41,690 nt of DNA from a virus. The stretch lies in the IMG/VR virus record IMGVR_UViG_3300002461_000119, positions 1-41,690 of that record; one strand, given 5' to 3'. The translations under genes were made by a program, and so were the position numbers. The notes beneath the pieces are model-generated. The model saw only the letters and a program-made list of their open reading frames with translations, was not told the origin of the DNA and ran no database searches. Of the stretch, positions 1 to 6,884 are shown one piece after another. The number at the start of each line of letters is the position of its first letter. Position 1 is the stretch's first letter.

Positions 1-94
1 CAAACTTAGGAACCTTTGTAGTGTCAAAGATACGGCTACCCATCGGAGTAAGGACACCATGAGGAGCGGTGTAAACTGTACGCCTATTACCACT
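1..94. repeat. terminal overlap, copy 1 (circular closure)
   Basis: Identical to 41597..41690. Lies inside the Sak4-like ORF. Confidence 0.9.
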
Positions 95-691
95 AGCAAG
101 CCCAACATAGTAAATCTCGCTCACGTTAAGGCCAAGAGGATTACGTACCTTTGCAGAAAGCATCATCGTCTGCCGGATGATTGATTTACCATCTTGAGCA
201 TACTCTGGATCATCAGCATGAGCAATGAAGAAACAGTGTTGTTTATTCTGACCTGTTGCACGAAGGATGCGAGTGATTACATCCATAGTGTGGCTATTGC
301 GAGCGCCCCAAGCAGCAAGGCCGGGAGCGTCGATCGAAGGAGTGAATGTGGCTGACTTACCAACTCCACGATTGATAGCATCAGTGATGCTAGCAGCAAC
401 AATGTTAGTGACGCTATCGACAATGACACTTTGATATGTATCCTTCTGTTGTACGATGAATGATGCAGCTTTCTTCGCTTGTTCGATCTGCTCACCAGCA
501 GGAAGAAGAGAGAAGTCAAGTAGATCGAAATCGTTACGGTGAGCTACGGAGAGGAAACCATCTGGGTCAAAGTTGATCAACAGTTTGCGACCCGGAAGGC
601 TCATTGCCCATGTTGTCTTGCCAGTCTTTGCATCACCCCAGATGACACCAGCAAGTCGGTGGACTAGATCAGCAGCACTAGTTGGTTGCAC
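1..691 (-). CDS. Sak4-like (AAA_24-type) RecA-fold ATPase, 5' part; ORF continues across the circular junction into 41690..41487
   Basis: Hand translation of the - strand: GTG at 691 with GGAG 7 nt upstream, no stop down to position 1 (checked codon by codon). N-terminal Walker A GDAKTGKTT. Absent from the ORF track only because it crosses the window edge. Confidence 0.7.
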   Translation of the reverse strand, partial: MQPTSAADLVHRLAGVIWGDAKTGKTTWAMSLPGRKLLINFDPDGFLSVAHRNDFDLLDFSLLPAGEQIEQAKKAASFIVQQKDTYQSVIVDSVTNIVAASITDAINRGVGKSATFTPSIDAPGLAAWGARNSHTMDVITRILRATGQNKQHCFFIAHADDPEYAQDGKSIIRQTMMLSAKVRNPLGLNVSEIYYVGLASGNRRTVYTAPHGVLTPMGSRIFDTTKVPKF

Positions 692-899
692 TTGGTTGCT
701 CCGTATCTGCTACATCGGATGTAATCATTTCAGCAAGTGCTTTTTGGATTTCATCTGAAAATTTTAAAAAGTTCTGCAAAACCTCGGGGTCGATAGAGAC
801 TGCGTGGTTCTCGTGATGGTTCACTGCAAGATTGATATGGTATCCATCGTAAGACGCATACACACCATCGCCAAGATAACGTGGTTCAGGAAGTGGCAT
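678..899 (-). CDS. hypothetical protein (73 aa)
   Basis: ORF track 678..923. Internal ATG at 899 preferred because AAGGAG lies 8 nt upstream. C-terminal ITSDVA is encoded by a P17 copy. Confidence 0.55.
   Translation of the reverse strand: MPLPEPRYLGDGVYASYDGYHINLAVNHHENHAVSIDPEVLQNFLKFSDEIQKALAEMITSDVADTEQPSATN
710..724. repeat. P17 palindrome copy
   Basis: CTACATCGGATGTAA, 1 mismatch. In CDS 678..899, read ITSDVA. 18 nt before GTG 691. Confidence 0.75.
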
Positions 900-904
900 G
901 ATTG

Positions 905-1069
905 TTACTCCTTTGCTTTCCAAGGACCGGCTTGTTCTTCGTTTTGGTGTAAACCTACAGAGTTACGAAACATTGCTCTTGAACGGCCTTCATCACCTTT
1001 TCCACCACGATGTTTAGTGATAATGTCGTCAATAAAGTCACAGAAAAGTTTGAATTGTTCTTCGGTCAT
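905..1069 (-). CDS. hypothetical small protein (54 aa)
   Basis: Below the ORF-track cutoff. Hand translation MTEEQFKLFCDFIDDIITKHRGGKGDEG... The ATG follows an AAGGAG that overlaps the stop of 1081..2193. Fills a gap in a tightly packed operon. Confidence 0.45.
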   Translation of the reverse strand: MTEEQFKLFCDFIDDIITKHRGGKGDEGRSRAMFRNSVGLHQNEEQAGPWKAKE

Positions 1070-1080
1070 TTGCACGACTG

Positions 1081-2193
1081 TTACTCCTTTCTCAAGAAAG
1101 CTTTGAACTCGCTTGGGGACATTTCTTCACTGATAATCATCTGTTCCCACATTACTTGTTGGTCTTCACGTTGTGCGGAACATAGATCAAGCAATGCACA
1201 AGGACGGAAGTATCGGTTACAAGAGTGCGTAAACATAGGTGCGTCAATTGCTGCCTCGTCACGATACTGTGCCATTACATCCAATGTAAAGAGCGCAGTT
1301 GTCAAGAAGTTACCAACTGCTTCTCTGTCACGATGGATGGGAAAGTGCATATTAGGTGCACTCGTCTTACGCACAGGTAAGGCACTACCTATCAAGATAC
1401 ACTCGTCAGCAACTTCTGGGAAGTATGCTTGGAGTGCACCAATGTATCCACTCTGTTGATGACGAGTACGAAACTGTTCACGCCAACCATCACCCATCGT
1501 GCTAGTCGTTTTGTATTCACCGAGTTTAACACGTTTAGTTTCGGGGTTTTGATAGAGAACGTCACCAAGACCGATGAAACGGATTTGTTCTTTGTAAGGA
1601 TTGTTAAACTCACCTATTACATCGCATGTAAAGATTACGTCCATACTCTTTTCTACACCGATAGTCTTGGTCGGATCGTTCTCATCTTCAATGTAAATTG
1701 GAAACCGAGACAGGTTTGACAAGAAATATCCTGCAAGCTCAAACGCACAATGCTCAAGGTTTGCAAGAGTACGATTGCGATCGTTCTCGTCGTCGTAGAA
1801 GTCACTCGTAGCGATGACATCAACAGCGAGTTTCTCCAAAGCACGAGACGGGTTCTGTTTATACAGTTCAAGATACTTGTCAAACGACAGAGCCTCAAAA
1901 CGATGCTCTCCATAGAGACTGACACCATGAAAGCGTCCATGATCAGGGAGGCCTTGAACCGCCGCAATCTGCATAAGATTGAATGCTGCGAATACATCGT
2001 GCATCACAGAGCCAGCTTCGAGAGCCATTTGACGATAGCCAGTGACAAAGCGTTTGTGTTGCACGTTGTGGATAATGCCCCATTTGGGACACGTAGTCAC
2101 TGCCTCAACGAGAGAGCTAGTAACATATGGCATGGATGTCTTCGTTACATCCGATGGGGTGCGTTGCACTCTCCAGTCGAGTACGCGGGTCAA
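1081..2193 (-). CDS. PD-(D/E)XK (Cas4/RecB-like) exonuclease
   Basis: 370 aa. GLGD-x14-EYK nuclease signature. One N-terminal Cys (TTCPKW) plus C-terminal CNRYFRPCALLDLC resemble a Cas4-type Fe-S cysteine set. Adjacent to the Sak4-like ATPase. Confidence 0.65.
   Translation of the reverse strand: MTRVLDWRVQRTPSDVTKTSMPYVTSSLVEAVTTCPKWGIIHNVQHKRFVTGYRQMALEAGSVMHDVFAAFNLMQIAAVQGLPDHGRFHGVSLYGEHRFEALSFDKYLELYKQNPSRALEKLAVDVIATSDFYDDENDRNRTLANLEHCAFELAGYFLSNLSRFPIYIEDENDPTKTIGVEKSMDVIFTCDVIGEFNNPYKEQIRFIGLGDVLYQNPETKRVKLGEYKTTSTMGDGWREQFRTRHQQSGYIGALQAYFPEVADECILIGSALPVRKTSAPNMHFPIHRDREAVGNFLTTALFTLDVMAQYRDEAAIDAPMFTHSCNRYFRPCALLDLCSAQREDQQVMWEQMIISEEMSPSEFKAFLRKE
1275..1289. repeat. P17 palindrome copy
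   Basis: TTACATCCAATGTAA, perfect. In the exonuclease CDS, read FTLDVM. Confidence 0.9.
1617..1631. repeat. P17 palindrome copy
   Basis: TTACATCGCATGTAA, perfect. In the exonuclease CDS, read FTCDVI. Confidence 0.9.
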
Positions 2194-2540
2194 TTCGGTT
2201 TTCCTTTCGGCTTGGAAGACATTTCGTCGATGAAAGCGTCTACGACTTTAGTCATTGTGTTCGTTGGTTTGATTGCTTCTTTGTTTTTCACAAGGAAAGC
2301 AACTTCTGTCCCAAGAATTGTTGCAGCTGTGTCAAGCATACCAGACATAAGACTGTTTATCTTTTCGGGTTGCTCTTGTACAATGGTATCGGCTACAAAA
2401 GCAAAGAGATAGTTCAAGAAGCACACAAGACAAAGGTCATGCTCTTCTGCTAACTCGATCAGCTTAGTGCCTACAATCATTCCATTGGTTGTGTAGTCAT
2501 CTATATGTTCAGGTTTTAGGTGTTTTAGCGTGGTTGTCAC
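2190..2540 (-). CDS. hypothetical protein (116 aa)
   Basis: ORF track. 4-nt overlaps with both neighbours. No recognisable motif. Confidence 0.6.
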   Translation of the reverse strand: MTTTLKHLKPEHIDDYTTNGMIVGTKLIELAEEHDLCLVCFLNYLFAFVADTIVQEQPEKINSLMSGMLDTAATILGTEVAFLVKNKEAIKPTNTMTKVVDAFIDEMSSKPKGKPN

Positions 2541-2959
2541 AGCATTTTCCTTTCCATTGCTCGTTGTTTATCTTCTTGTTTACCGCGATCGTGGTTACAC
2601 TTTTGACATGCTCCAACTTGACGGATCATTTCTTTGTTGATGTATGCACCACGACGGTTTGTGTTACGACTATCCAAGTGATCAATTGTGCATTCTGTTG
2701 GTGGTATCTTTCCATCTGGGAACATACCAAAGGTCATAGGTTGTTGACACCAGAAGCAGAAACCACGTTGAACCCACCAAAGACGGAAACGTTTAAGCAC
2801 TTTGTCACTTGGGTAGTGTGTGAAGTTCTTGTCACCCAACCGCTCCAACATCAATGCTTGTATCTCGTTGAGAGCGAATGGGTAGTCTTTAGGATTAAAG
2901 ATGTATTTTGTGTTACCATCTTTGATACGGATGTATTCTCGATCACGGCGGTTTGCCAT
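2537..2959 (-). CDS. HNH endonuclease
   Basis: 140 aa. CFWC ... IDHLDSRNTN ... CQKCNHDRG, i.e. CxxC / DH / N / CxxCNH. Confidence 0.8.
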   Translation of the reverse strand: MANRRDREYIRIKDGNTKYIFNPKDYPFALNEIQALMLERLGDKNFTHYPSDKVLKRFRLWWVQRGFCFWCQQPMTFGMFPDGKIPPTECTIDHLDSRNTNRRGAYINKEMIRQVGACQKCNHDRGKQEDKQRAMERKML

Positions 2960-2982
2960 AAAATAACTCCCATATTGCGATG

Positions 2983-2997
2983 TTACATTGGATGTAA
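2983..2997. repeat. P17 palindrome copy
   Basis: TTACATTGGATGTAA, perfect. Intergenic, 23 nt before HNH start 2959. Confidence 0.9.
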
Positions 2998-3066
2998 GAC
3001 AAGACCAGTAAGAGAATTAAGTAGTTTCCATAAAAATCATACATGGTCTTGTCTCCTCTGTTGTGT

Positions 3067-3399
3067 TTATTTGTACGGTCCAATGATTACGTCAGGATCA
3101 GTGATTTGACAGTGTTTCTTCTCACGAAGAATTAGACACTGTGCTCGTGCTGCTTGTTCACGAAACTCTTGTGTCTCAAAACCCCAAGCGACGCGAAACC
3201 TGTCGCAAGTGCAGATGGAGTAATACTGTCGAACATAATTAGAATAGACAGTATCACCATCATTCGGAGGAGTGGGCACTTCTGGTGGTTGCGTAGGTGG
3301 AGGAGGAGGAGGAGGAGGAGGAGGAGGCTCACAAGGTTGATCACCACAAGCCAAAGCAGGTGAAGCAATCAACAAGAGCAAGAATAGAAGTTGTTTCAT
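3067..3399 (-). CDS. putative lipoprotein with poly-proline linker
   Basis: ORF track 3067..3414. ATG 3399 preferred (AAAGGAA upstream). Signal peptide MKQLLFLLLLIASPALAC with a lipobox-like ALAC, then 11 consecutive Pro and a Cys-containing C-terminal domain. Confidence 0.7.
   Translation of the reverse strand: MKQLLFLLLLIASPALACGDQPCEPPPPPPPPPPPTQPPEVPTPPNDGDTVYSNYVRQYYSICTCDRFRVAWGFETQEFREQAARAQCLILREKKHCQITDPDVIIGPYK
3301..3327. repeat. (AGG)9 trinucleotide repeat, (CCT)9 on the coding strand
   Basis: Nine perfect AGG units. Encodes the poly-Pro run of the lipoprotein. Confidence 0.9.
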
Positions 3400-3417
3400 T
3401 GCTATTCCTTTCATTTG

Positions 3418-3432
3418 TTACACTGGATGTAA
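3418..3432. repeat. P17 palindrome copy
   Basis: TTACACTGGATGTAA, 1 mismatch. Intergenic, 18 nt before start 3399. Confidence 0.75.
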
Positions 3433-3436
3433 CAGG

Positions 3437-3736
3437 TTAGAGACGAGAGAGACGATTGTTTGTATCGTGAAGCTGGTCAGTAAGACGATCAACAGCAATC
3501 GCCGCGATTTTGATACGATCAATCGCCAAGAGTGAAGGACTGGTAGCATTCTTCGCTTCTGTTGGTTGCGGAGGTTGAGGCCCAAGAAGTCTGTCAGTAT
3601 TATCAATTGTACGATTTACAGCATGATGAAGTCTTGAGACATAATTCTCAAGCTCTCCAGCAAGTTGATCAAGCACACTTGGCTCTTGTTCTCTCATTGG
3701 TTGTGTTGCGACAGAACCAGCCATAAGTCCACTCAT
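3437..3736 (-). CDS. hypothetical protein (99 aa)
   Basis: ORF track. 4-nt overlap with the downstream ORF (3733..3942). Helical/coiled-coil-like composition. Confidence 0.6.
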   Translation of the reverse strand: MSGLMAGSVATQPMREQEPSVLDQLAGELENYVSRLHHAVNRTIDNTDRLLGPQPPQPTEAKNATSPSLLAIDRIKIAAIAVDRLTDQLHDTNNRLSRL

Positions 3737-3942
3737 TTTGTGTTTCCTTTCTGTTTCTTTACATCCGGTTTAAGGACATCGTGAAGTATTTTGACCGCAC
3801 CTTGGAGTGAGTAGAGCATAGTCCAAAGCTCATTCTTCGATAGCGGCCGCTCGACTTCGAGAGCAAGAGCGATCTTACCTCGAATGTTTTGTAGACGTTC
3901 GTCTACTTTAGGAAGAAATTCAGACTGACGCGGTGGTATCAT
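3733..3942 (-). CDS. hypothetical protein (69 aa)
   Basis: ORF track 3733..4008. ATG 3942 preferred (GGAG 7 nt upstream). The longer version would overlap the upstream gene by 89 nt. Confidence 0.5.
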   Translation of the reverse strand: MIPPRQSEFLPKVDERLQNIRGKIALALEVERPLSKNELWTMLYSLQGAVKILHDVLKPDVKKQKGNTK

Positions 3943-4252
3943 CAGGTTTCTCCGGTGCGAACAAGTCTTGAGGATTGTAGCCAAGACGGGTAGCAAGTGC
4001 GTCCACACCAGTCATGATTGCAGCAGTGACATCCGCACCACGAGCAGCAACAGTAGCAATCTGTAGCATAGATGAACGAAGTTCCTTGATTTCTCGCTCT
4101 TGCTCACGGAGAGAATGATGCTGGTTCATGATGACCTTAGCAAGATCAGGATGCACTTGCGCACTCTTGAGAGCTTTGTAGACATCTTCACCAACCATCA
4201 TTGTCAGTGATGATTGATTGATTGCTGTTTGTAGTGCGTCACGTTTCGTCAT
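3920..4252 (-). CDS. hypothetical protein (110 aa)
   Basis: ORF track 3920..4291, which starts at TTG. The first ATG is at 4252, 4 nt after the upstream stop. Confidence 0.55.
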   Translation of the reverse strand: MTKRDALQTAINQSSLTMMVGEDVYKALKSAQVHPDLAKVIMNQHHSLREQEREIKELRSSMLQIATVAARGADVTAAIMTGVDALATRLGYNPQDLFAPEKPDDTTASV

Positions 4253-4256
4253 GATG

Positions 4257-4565
4257 TTATAGCAGCCTTTCTTGGTTCTCAATGTTAGCAATGTTGGAGT
4301 TGCTACTTGAGAGGTTTTCGATTGCGTTCTCTAGTTTTTGTAGAGCCTCATTGACCTTGGCTTTTGCGTTCTCAACTCTCGTTACACGGGATGTAAAGAG
4401 GTCAAGTTCTTTACCTTTGAGGGATTGAAGCTTGCCTTCGGTCTTTTCCTTGTAAGATTGAACAAGGACGAGACGGCGAGAGCGCTTGATCTGGATAAAG
4501 GTTTCTGCATCTTGGATTGTTTGCTTGCGTAGGTCAGGTGAAGCATAGATATGTGGTTCGGTCAT
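4257..4565 (-). CDS. hypothetical coiled-coil protein (102 aa)
   Basis: ORF track. K/E/L-rich heptad-like sequence. 4-nt overlap with the upstream ORF. Confidence 0.6.
   Translation of the reverse strand: MTEPHIYASPDLRKQTIQDAETFIQIKRSRRLVLVQSYKEKTEGKLQSLKGKELDLFTSRVTRVENAKAKVNEALQKLENAIENLSSSNSNIANIENQERLL
4382..4396. repeat. P17 palindrome copy
   Basis: TTACACGGGATGTAA, 1 mismatch. In CDS 4257..4565, read FTSRVT. Confidence 0.75.
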
Positions 4566-4813
4566 GTCTCTTGTCCTTCTACAAGCATCGCACGGATTTG
4601 TGCATCACAATCTATTTGTGCAGAAATTCTAGCACTATCCATGAGAGGAAACACTTCTGTACTAACGCCATTCAGTTGTTGACCAATGAGACGAAACCAG
4701 CGCCATCCATCAAAGTCATGAGCAAGATAATAAGTATAGCCCATTACATGAGCTACAGCACTTTGTTTACTTTCTTCCCATACTAAAGATTTAACTTGAG
4801 AAGGAACGGTCAT
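4562..4813 (-). CDS. hypothetical protein (83 aa)
   Basis: ORF track. 4-nt overlaps on both sides. Confidence 0.6.
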   Translation of the reverse strand: MTVPSQVKSLVWEESKQSAVAHVMGYTYYLAHDFDGWRWFRLIGQQLNGVSTEVFPLMDSARISAQIDCDAQIRAMLVEGQET

Positions 4814-5229
4814 ACTTGGTTTCCTTGATAACTAGTAGACAAAGACACAGGAGGCTTTGACTTCTTGACTGTCTTCTCTGCCATCTTATGAAGCTCTTGA
4901 GCAGAGAGGTCAAACTTCTCTGCCACAGCTTTGATGAATGCGTCCTTGTCGAAGCTTTCACGAGGGTTGTTGACTTTGCCTTTAAGTGTTACACCGGATG
5001 TAACGAGTAGAGTAGTCTCTGGCATAGGTTCATTGAATTTATGTTCAAAGGCTTCTTTGATTTCTTCGGCTGATTTCTCAAAGCGTTTCGCCACACCGAG
5101 AAGAGTATGATGAATAAACAAGTCTTGGACTTGCTTTGCAATGACGTGATTACTTGGCGGAAAGATCAACTCAGTAGCAAGACGAGTGACATCACGACCA
5201 AGAGTTGCAGGTTCGAAGTGGTATTCCAT
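4810..5229 (-). CDS. hypothetical protein (139 aa)
   Basis: ORF track. GAAAGGAA upstream of the ATG. A P17 copy lies 16 nt upstream. Confidence 0.65.
   Translation of the reverse strand: MEYHFEPATLGRDVTRLATELIFPPSNHVIAKQVQDLFIHHTLLGVAKRFEKSAEEIKEAFEHKFNEPMPETTLLVTSGVTLKGKVNNPRESFDKDAFIKAVAEKFDLSAQELHKMAEKTVKKSKPPVSLSTSYQGNQV
4989..5003. repeat. P17 palindrome copy
   Basis: TTACACCGGATGTAA, 1 mismatch. In CDS 4810..5229, read VTSGVT. Confidence 0.75.
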
Positions 5230-5245
5230 GGAGTTGTTCCTTTCG

Positions 5246-5260
5246 TTACACTGGATGTAA
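5246..5260. repeat. P17 palindrome copy
   Basis: TTACACTGGATGTAA, 1 mismatch. Intergenic, 16 nt before start 5229. Confidence 0.75.
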
Positions 5261-5264
5261 GAGT

Positions 5265-5429
5265 TTATTGTTCGGACATTACGTCTTCAAAGTCTTCGGA
5301 CGGGATTGCTATGAAGAATTTAACTTCTACATCGCTGCCAAAAGCCGCAAGAGCATCTTCAAGATCATGTCCATCCATCCAGAAGACTTCGCCTTTTGCA
5401 TCTGTGACCTGCATTACAGGATTATGCAT
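5265..5429 (-). CDS. hypothetical small acidic protein (54 aa)
   Basis: Below the ORF-track cutoff. Hand translation MHNPVMQVTDAKGEVFWMDGHDLEDALAAF... GAGGAG 7 nt upstream. Starts 1 nt after the upstream stop. Confidence 0.45.
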   Translation of the reverse strand: MHNPVMQVTDAKGEVFWMDGHDLEDALAAFGSDVEVKFFIAIPSEDFEDVMSEQ

Positions 5430-5430
5430 G

Positions 5431-5670
5431 TTAAGTCTCCTCTGTCACATTGGGTGTATCGACGTGGTGTGTATTCAATACGTTCCAGTAAGCAGAAAAC
5501 TCATGGAAACGTTGTGTGATTGCTTCCACGTCGTCTCGTATATCACCAATGTCTACACCTTTTAGATGGTCAGGATCGGACATCAATTGAATGTTGAGTT
5601 TGCTTGACGCCTGTTTAAGTTGATTGTAAGCACCACGCATCGAACGTCTTACATGAGCTTTATCAATCAT
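5431..5670 (-). CDS. hypothetical protein (79 aa)
   Basis: ORF track. GGAGGAAAA upstream. 4-nt overlap with the upstream ORF. Confidence 0.6.
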   Translation of the reverse strand: MIDKAHVRRSMRGAYNQLKQASSKLNIQLMSDPDHLKGVDIGDIRDDVEAITQRFHEFSAYWNVLNTHHVDTPNVTEET

Positions 5671-5894
5671 GCTTTTCCTCCTTCCATATCTGTTACACTG
5701 GATGTAAAGTCTGGTTTGATTGTCACACGATGCAATTTGCCGTCGGGGTATAAATCAATATACGTCCCAAGCGTGAGTGTAGGATTATAAGCCGTCCACA
5801 AGCGCCAACGCCCGTGCTGCGGATCATAATGCAGCACGGGTGGTTTGCTTTGTGAAAAGACTTGAGCTAATCCTAAGCGGATTTCTTTTGTCAT
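5667..5894 (-). CDS. hypothetical protein (75 aa)
   Basis: ORF track. GAGGAAAA upstream. First gene after the strong sigma70-like promoter at 5978..6006. Confidence 0.6.
   Translation of the reverse strand: MTKEIRLGLAQVFSQSKPPVLHYDPQHGRWRLWTAYNPTLTLGTYIDLYPDGKLHRVTIKPDFTSSVTDMEGGKA
5693..5707. repeat. P17 palindrome copy
   Basis: TTACACTGGATGTAA, 1 mismatch. C-terminus of CDS 5667..5894, read FTSSVT. 22 nt before start 5670. Confidence 0.75.
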
Positions 5895-5977
5895 GTTTTC
5901 CTCGGTCTTTGGCGTGTATGTTGTTACTTATCGCCAAAAGTTGTGATCAGCACAACTACTGTAGTCTTGATTATGCA

Positions 5978-6006
5978 GTTATAACACAGAGAACAAACTG
6001 TGTCAA
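5978..6006 (-). promoter_or_regulatory. sigma70-type promoter (extended -10)
   Basis: On the - strand: TTGACA, 17-nt spacer ending TGT, TATAAC. Lies in the 108-nt gap between 6003..6209 and 5667..5894. Confidence 0.55.
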
Positions 6007-6209
6007 GCATTAATTTCTTCAGTCTCAGCCCTGTCAGTCGTAGACCAAGTAACAATAGCACCACTGTATTCTGTAACATCCACAACAGCTTGCTTGGGTG
6101 CATTAAAATGATCACGAATTATATCGCACAATTCAGCCGCACTAAGCTCACCTTTCATTGTAGTTGTGATTGTCTTGTCTATAAAGATAGTTTTCTTTGC
6201 CATTTTCAT
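6003..6209 (-). CDS. hypothetical protein (68 aa)
   Basis: ORF track. AAAGGAGAAA upstream. P17 copy 17 nt upstream. Confidence 0.6.
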   Translation of the reverse strand: MKMAKKTIFIDKTITTTMKGELSAAELCDIIRDHFNAPKQAVVDVTEYSGAIVTWSTTDRAETEEINA

Positions 6210-6226
6210 TTCTCCTTTGTGTTTCT

Positions 6227-6241
6227 TTACATTGGATGTAA
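6227..6241. repeat. P17 palindrome copy
   Basis: TTACATTGGATGTAA, perfect. Intergenic, 17 nt before start 6209. Confidence 0.9.
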
Positions 6242-6244
6242 GGA

Positions 6245-6592
6245 TTAAAATCGCAATTCTAATCCTGCAACAGCACCAACAATATCACCTTCTATCGCTG
6301 GTGCAACAAAAAGTGAAACCTTTTTCTTGATGTCTACGCCCGCACGAATAAATGGTAAAACGTCATGACCAGAGTAACCAGTAACAGCACCAATTTCAAG
6401 CCAGAGAGGACTTTGTTTGTCTTTTAGTTTGATGCCGCCATAAACAGAGACATTGCTTTCACTGTTATAGTAAACTCCAGCGATTAGACCTGTTTCTGTT
6501 ACATCGCATTTAACAGCTGGATGTACCTCGTTATACTCATTGGACAAACCAATGTGGTTAGACAGTGCGATTGCGAATAATATATTACACAT
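6245..6592 (-). CDS. hypothetical protein with outer-membrane beta-barrel-like C-terminus
   Basis: ORF track 6245..6712. ATG 6592 preferred (AAAGGA upstream, P17 16 nt upstream). Alternating hydrophobic pattern and terminal ...GLELRF resemble an OMP beta-signal. Confidence 0.5.
   Translation of the reverse strand: MCNILFAIALSNHIGLSNEYNEVHPAVKCDVTETGLIAGVYYNSESNVSVYGGIKLKDKQSPLWLEIGAVTGYSGHDVLPFIRAGVDIKKKVSLFVAPAIEGDIVGAVAGLELRF
6499..6513. repeat. P17 palindrome copy
   Basis: TTACATCGCATTTAA, 1 mismatch. In CDS 6245..6592, read VKCDVT. Confidence 0.7.
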
Positions 6593-6608
6593 TGGGTTGA
6601 TCCTTTCT

Positions 6609-6623
6609 TTACATCGGATGTAA
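6609..6623. repeat. P17 palindrome copy
   Basis: TTACATCGGATGTAA, perfect. 16 nt before start 6592. Lower edge of the non-coding island. Confidence 0.9.
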
Positions 6624-6668
6624 CGTTGTCTTCGCTTAACGTTATGACTTTTAGTCACAAGGTAAAGA

Positions 6669-6685
6669 GAAGTTGTAACAAGCGA
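6669..6685. repeat. 17-nt direct repeat, copy 1
   Basis: GAAGTTGTAACAAGCGA, identical to 6838..6854. Inside the non-coding island 6593..6887. Confidence 0.8.
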
Positions 6686-6837
6686 TCTTCTCTTACGTCT
6701 GCATTCTGTCACGTTTGCTTCAAATCGAGACGACTTAACGGCCTCACCTCAAAGCTGGTTATACCTCGACAGATAGGATCAGGCTAATCGTGGATTTTTC
6801 AATCCTACACCTGCTTTTGCCACATGCAGACGAAAGG

Positions 6838-6854
6838 GAAGTTGTAACAAGCGA
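6838..6854. repeat. 17-nt direct repeat, copy 2
   Basis: GAAGTTGTAACAAGCGA. Overlaps the hairpin AACAAGCG-N10-CGCTTGTT, which abuts a P17 copy. Confidence 0.8.
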
Positions 6855-6869
6855 CCTTGCGACCGCTTG

Positions 6870-6884
6870 TTACATTGGATGTAA
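6870..6884. repeat. P17 palindrome copy
   Basis: TTACATTGGATGTAA, perfect. 3 nt after the stop of 6888..7811. Upper edge of the non-coding island. Confidence 0.9.

Noticed and set aside
1-94. 94-bp repeat as a biological direct terminal repeat
   Set aside because: It lies inside an intact ORF that reads through the junction. That fits assembler overlap of a circular or permuted genome better than genuine genome ends.
1750-2412. 220-aa plus-strand ORF, and similar alternatives (19449..20126, 8544..9086, 15446..15973, 27065..27649, 12044..12565)
   Set aside because: All overlap better-supported genes that have recognisable motifs or operon coupling. All lack Shine-Dalgarno sequences and have implausible composition. 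Several contain the frame-3 reading YIGCN of the palindrome.
6760-6830. tRNA-like impression (…GGATTTTTCAATCC… followed by …GCCA)
   Set aside because: The putative T-arm would have a 4-nt loop and mismatched stem. No acceptor, D or anticodon arms can be drawn, and the CCA is probably fortuitous.
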